From contig NC_043016.1 in assembly GCF_006345805.1 (NCBI RefSeq), positions 23,312,001 to 23,376,000 of the forward strand: 64,000 nucleotides of DNA. The letters run 5' to 3'. The DNA comes from Octopus sinensis. Its lineage: Eukaryota. Position numbers and translations under genes: made by a program. Every line of letters starts with the position of its first letter. Positions within the stretch are counted from its first letter, which is position 1. Positions 61,640-64,000 of the stretch are shown piece by piece. The notes beneath the pieces were generated by a model. That model was not told where the DNA came from and ran no database searches. It worked only from the letters and a program-made list of their open reading frames with translations.

Positions 61640-63760
61640 CCCTCAACTGAGAGAGGGGAGTGGTATTAAATAAGGTGGCTTTGTGCCAGTTAACAAGAGG
61701 TTAAATAATGATAGAGAGAAATAACCAGGTACTTTGCAGTAGAGGAGATACATGGTTACCCTGTCAAGGAGACAGTCAGAAAGAGAGACAGACAGAGCAA
61801 GAGGCAGAGAGAGAGATATAGAGAAAAATGGCAATGAGCCTGGTGTACCCTCAAAATACAAAGAGGTGAATATAAAGGAAGTGGTAGAGAATTAGACAGG
61901 GTGCATGAGCAGGGAATTCATAAAAGTGCAAAGGGGGAGACAAGAGGGAAAGGGAAATACAAAGTTGGCAGAAAGGAGAGAGAGAGAGATGAGAGGCTGC
62001 AGGAGTTGGGGAATATACAAGCATAGTTCATGAAGAAGAGATGTAGTTTGCTTCATTGAGGTAGGGTGTGTGAATTAATGCTACAAGTGGGTGGAATACA
62101 CAGTGCTTTAAGAATTCAGTCTTCTCAAGAATTTCCAGCCATCCTAATCCATGGTCATCTCCTCCATGAGGCTCAACATCTTGAGATCAGCTCTTACTAC
62201 TTCATTCCATGTGTTTCTGGATCTCCCTCTTCCACATGTACCATCCACTATAAGCAATCAAACTTCTTAATACAGCTGTCTTCATTCATATGCATCACAT
62301 GTCCAAACCATCATAGTTTTCTTTCTCTTGCATGCTGCATCTGATTCCTCTTATGCCCCACTTTTCTCTCAGCGCATTTGCACTTTGTTTCACATGCACA
62401 CTAATGTTGCATATCCATCACAGCATACGAGCTTCATTCCTCTCCATTCTTTGCATGTCCTCTGCATTCAGAGCCCAAGTCTCACTACCATAGAGCATGG
62501 CCATTCATACACAAGCATCATACAATCAGCCTTTTGAGAGAAGCCTTTTGTAGTCATCAGAGGAAATAGTACTCTGAATATTCTCTATCCTATTCTAGCA
62601 ACAGTACTAGCAGAACATCCTCTTCCACTGCTACAACCTCAAGGGAACCTCCAAGAATCTAATTCTTGTGCATCCCTTGTGCTTATTATTCCTACATATC
62701 AGCCACACAGAAAGATGACTTTCTCTCTTAACCTATCTGCAATTTTACTGCATCTCCAATGTGTCCATAGCTTGCACTGGGTGCAGCAAACGGAATTTCT
62801 TCCAACACCTTTCCTACATATTGAGCAAAGTCATTTACTTGATGGAAAAAGTCTTACTACTTTCTTGCTAACAACAACTTTGGTCTTCACTAGATTAACT
62901 TTCAGGTTTTGCTTCCATACCTGGAATTCCTCTACAAATTCTGCTATATGAGCAAGATCATCAGCATATAGTAGTTACCTATTTTAAATTCCTATGTTAC
63001 AACCAGGAGGACTATGATGAATAAGAGACTAAAAAATGAGTCTGGGTGAACTCCTATTTGTATGCTAAATTTGTCACTATACTCTCACCCTACTGACAGC
63101 ACCTCTATACATAGATTGTACAGTACTAACAAACCACTCATCTACTTCTAACTTCCTTAGAGACCACCAGGTAACAGAGTGAGGGACTCTGTCAAAAGCT
63201 TTCTCCAGGTATGATGGTTTACTTTTGGCTAGATAGTTTTCCTGCAGCTGTTTCACTGAGAAGATGGCATCTGTAGTGTTCTTCCCTAGCACAAAGCCAA
63301 ATTGCATTTCATCTAGTTTAATTCTATTCCTAATCAACTCTCTCAATAACTTTCATGACCTGTCCAACAGTTTGATACTTCTATAACTGTTTCTATCAAA
63401 GGCATCACCTTTACCCTTGTAGCAGCTATTATACCAATCATTATGGATAACCTGATTAACTATACTAGCGACTTAGCTGTATCCTACTCCACTAGATGTC
63501 TTAAGTGATTCAGCAGTAATTCCTGATGATCCAGGAACTTTCCTTATCTTCAGATCCTTAATTGCTTTATCTATCATACATCTGTCAACTGTGATGGCTG
63601 GTCTCACAGTTGGATCCATATTAGGAAGACTCTCCTTCTCCCATTCATACTCCACATTTAGCAATCTTTCACAGTGGCACTTCCATTCATCCATCAAGAA
63701 ATGCAAGTTATTATACTTGAAATTTATCACTGAGGCCACAAAGTACAACCTTTTCAATTA
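61640..63760 (-). mobile_element. RTE-clade LINE, decayed RT region and 3' part
   Basis: DEMQFGFVLGKNTTDAIFSVKQLQENYL...LEKAFDRVP...EWFVSTVQSMY and WKCHCERLLNVEYEW...IDKAIKDLKIRKVPGSSGITAE. Confidence 0.9.
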
Positions 63761-64000
63761 ATTTGCATGTAAACAAACTATGGATAATTGGTTGATAATT
63801 AGTCAAAGTGTCAGGGCAAAGCCTCGTCTTTTTGTAATAATAACAATACTGATGGCATCTTCCAACCAATCGCCGAAACCAATTTTAAAATTATAATTAT
63901 CACTATCAATAAGAAGCTTCTTTTTACTTTTTACTGCTTCCTAATGTAAACTACATAATAAATTTTATTGATTTCTGTCAAACTTAAACCAACATGGAAA

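Overview
AT-rich, microsatellite- and repeat-saturated animal DNA. The SINE/RTE/Penelope repertoire and style point to an octopod cephalopod (recognised by eye, not by search). One host gene is resolved: a six-coding-exon DNAAF6/PIH1D3 (dynein axonemal assembly factor) on the + strand from about 1799 to 49410. Its exon 1 carries an apparent 1-nt frameshift in an error-prone contig end, and its last intron is about 35 kb. The rest is mostly transposon-derived: DD37D maT, mariner and Tc1 relics, MITEs, Helitrons, RTE and other LINE pieces, Penelope-like elements, a young Gypsy fragment and several SINE families. The most notable unexplained structure is a set of type-I hammerhead ribozyme motifs from several unrelated Penelope-type repeat families. 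Four with intact cores lie on the sense strand inside DNAAF6 introns, one about 120 nt upstream of exon 2, and most carry an extra or unpaired base after A9. There are two 100-N gaps (688-787, 55534-55633). Most six-frame ORFs are microsatellite artefacts.
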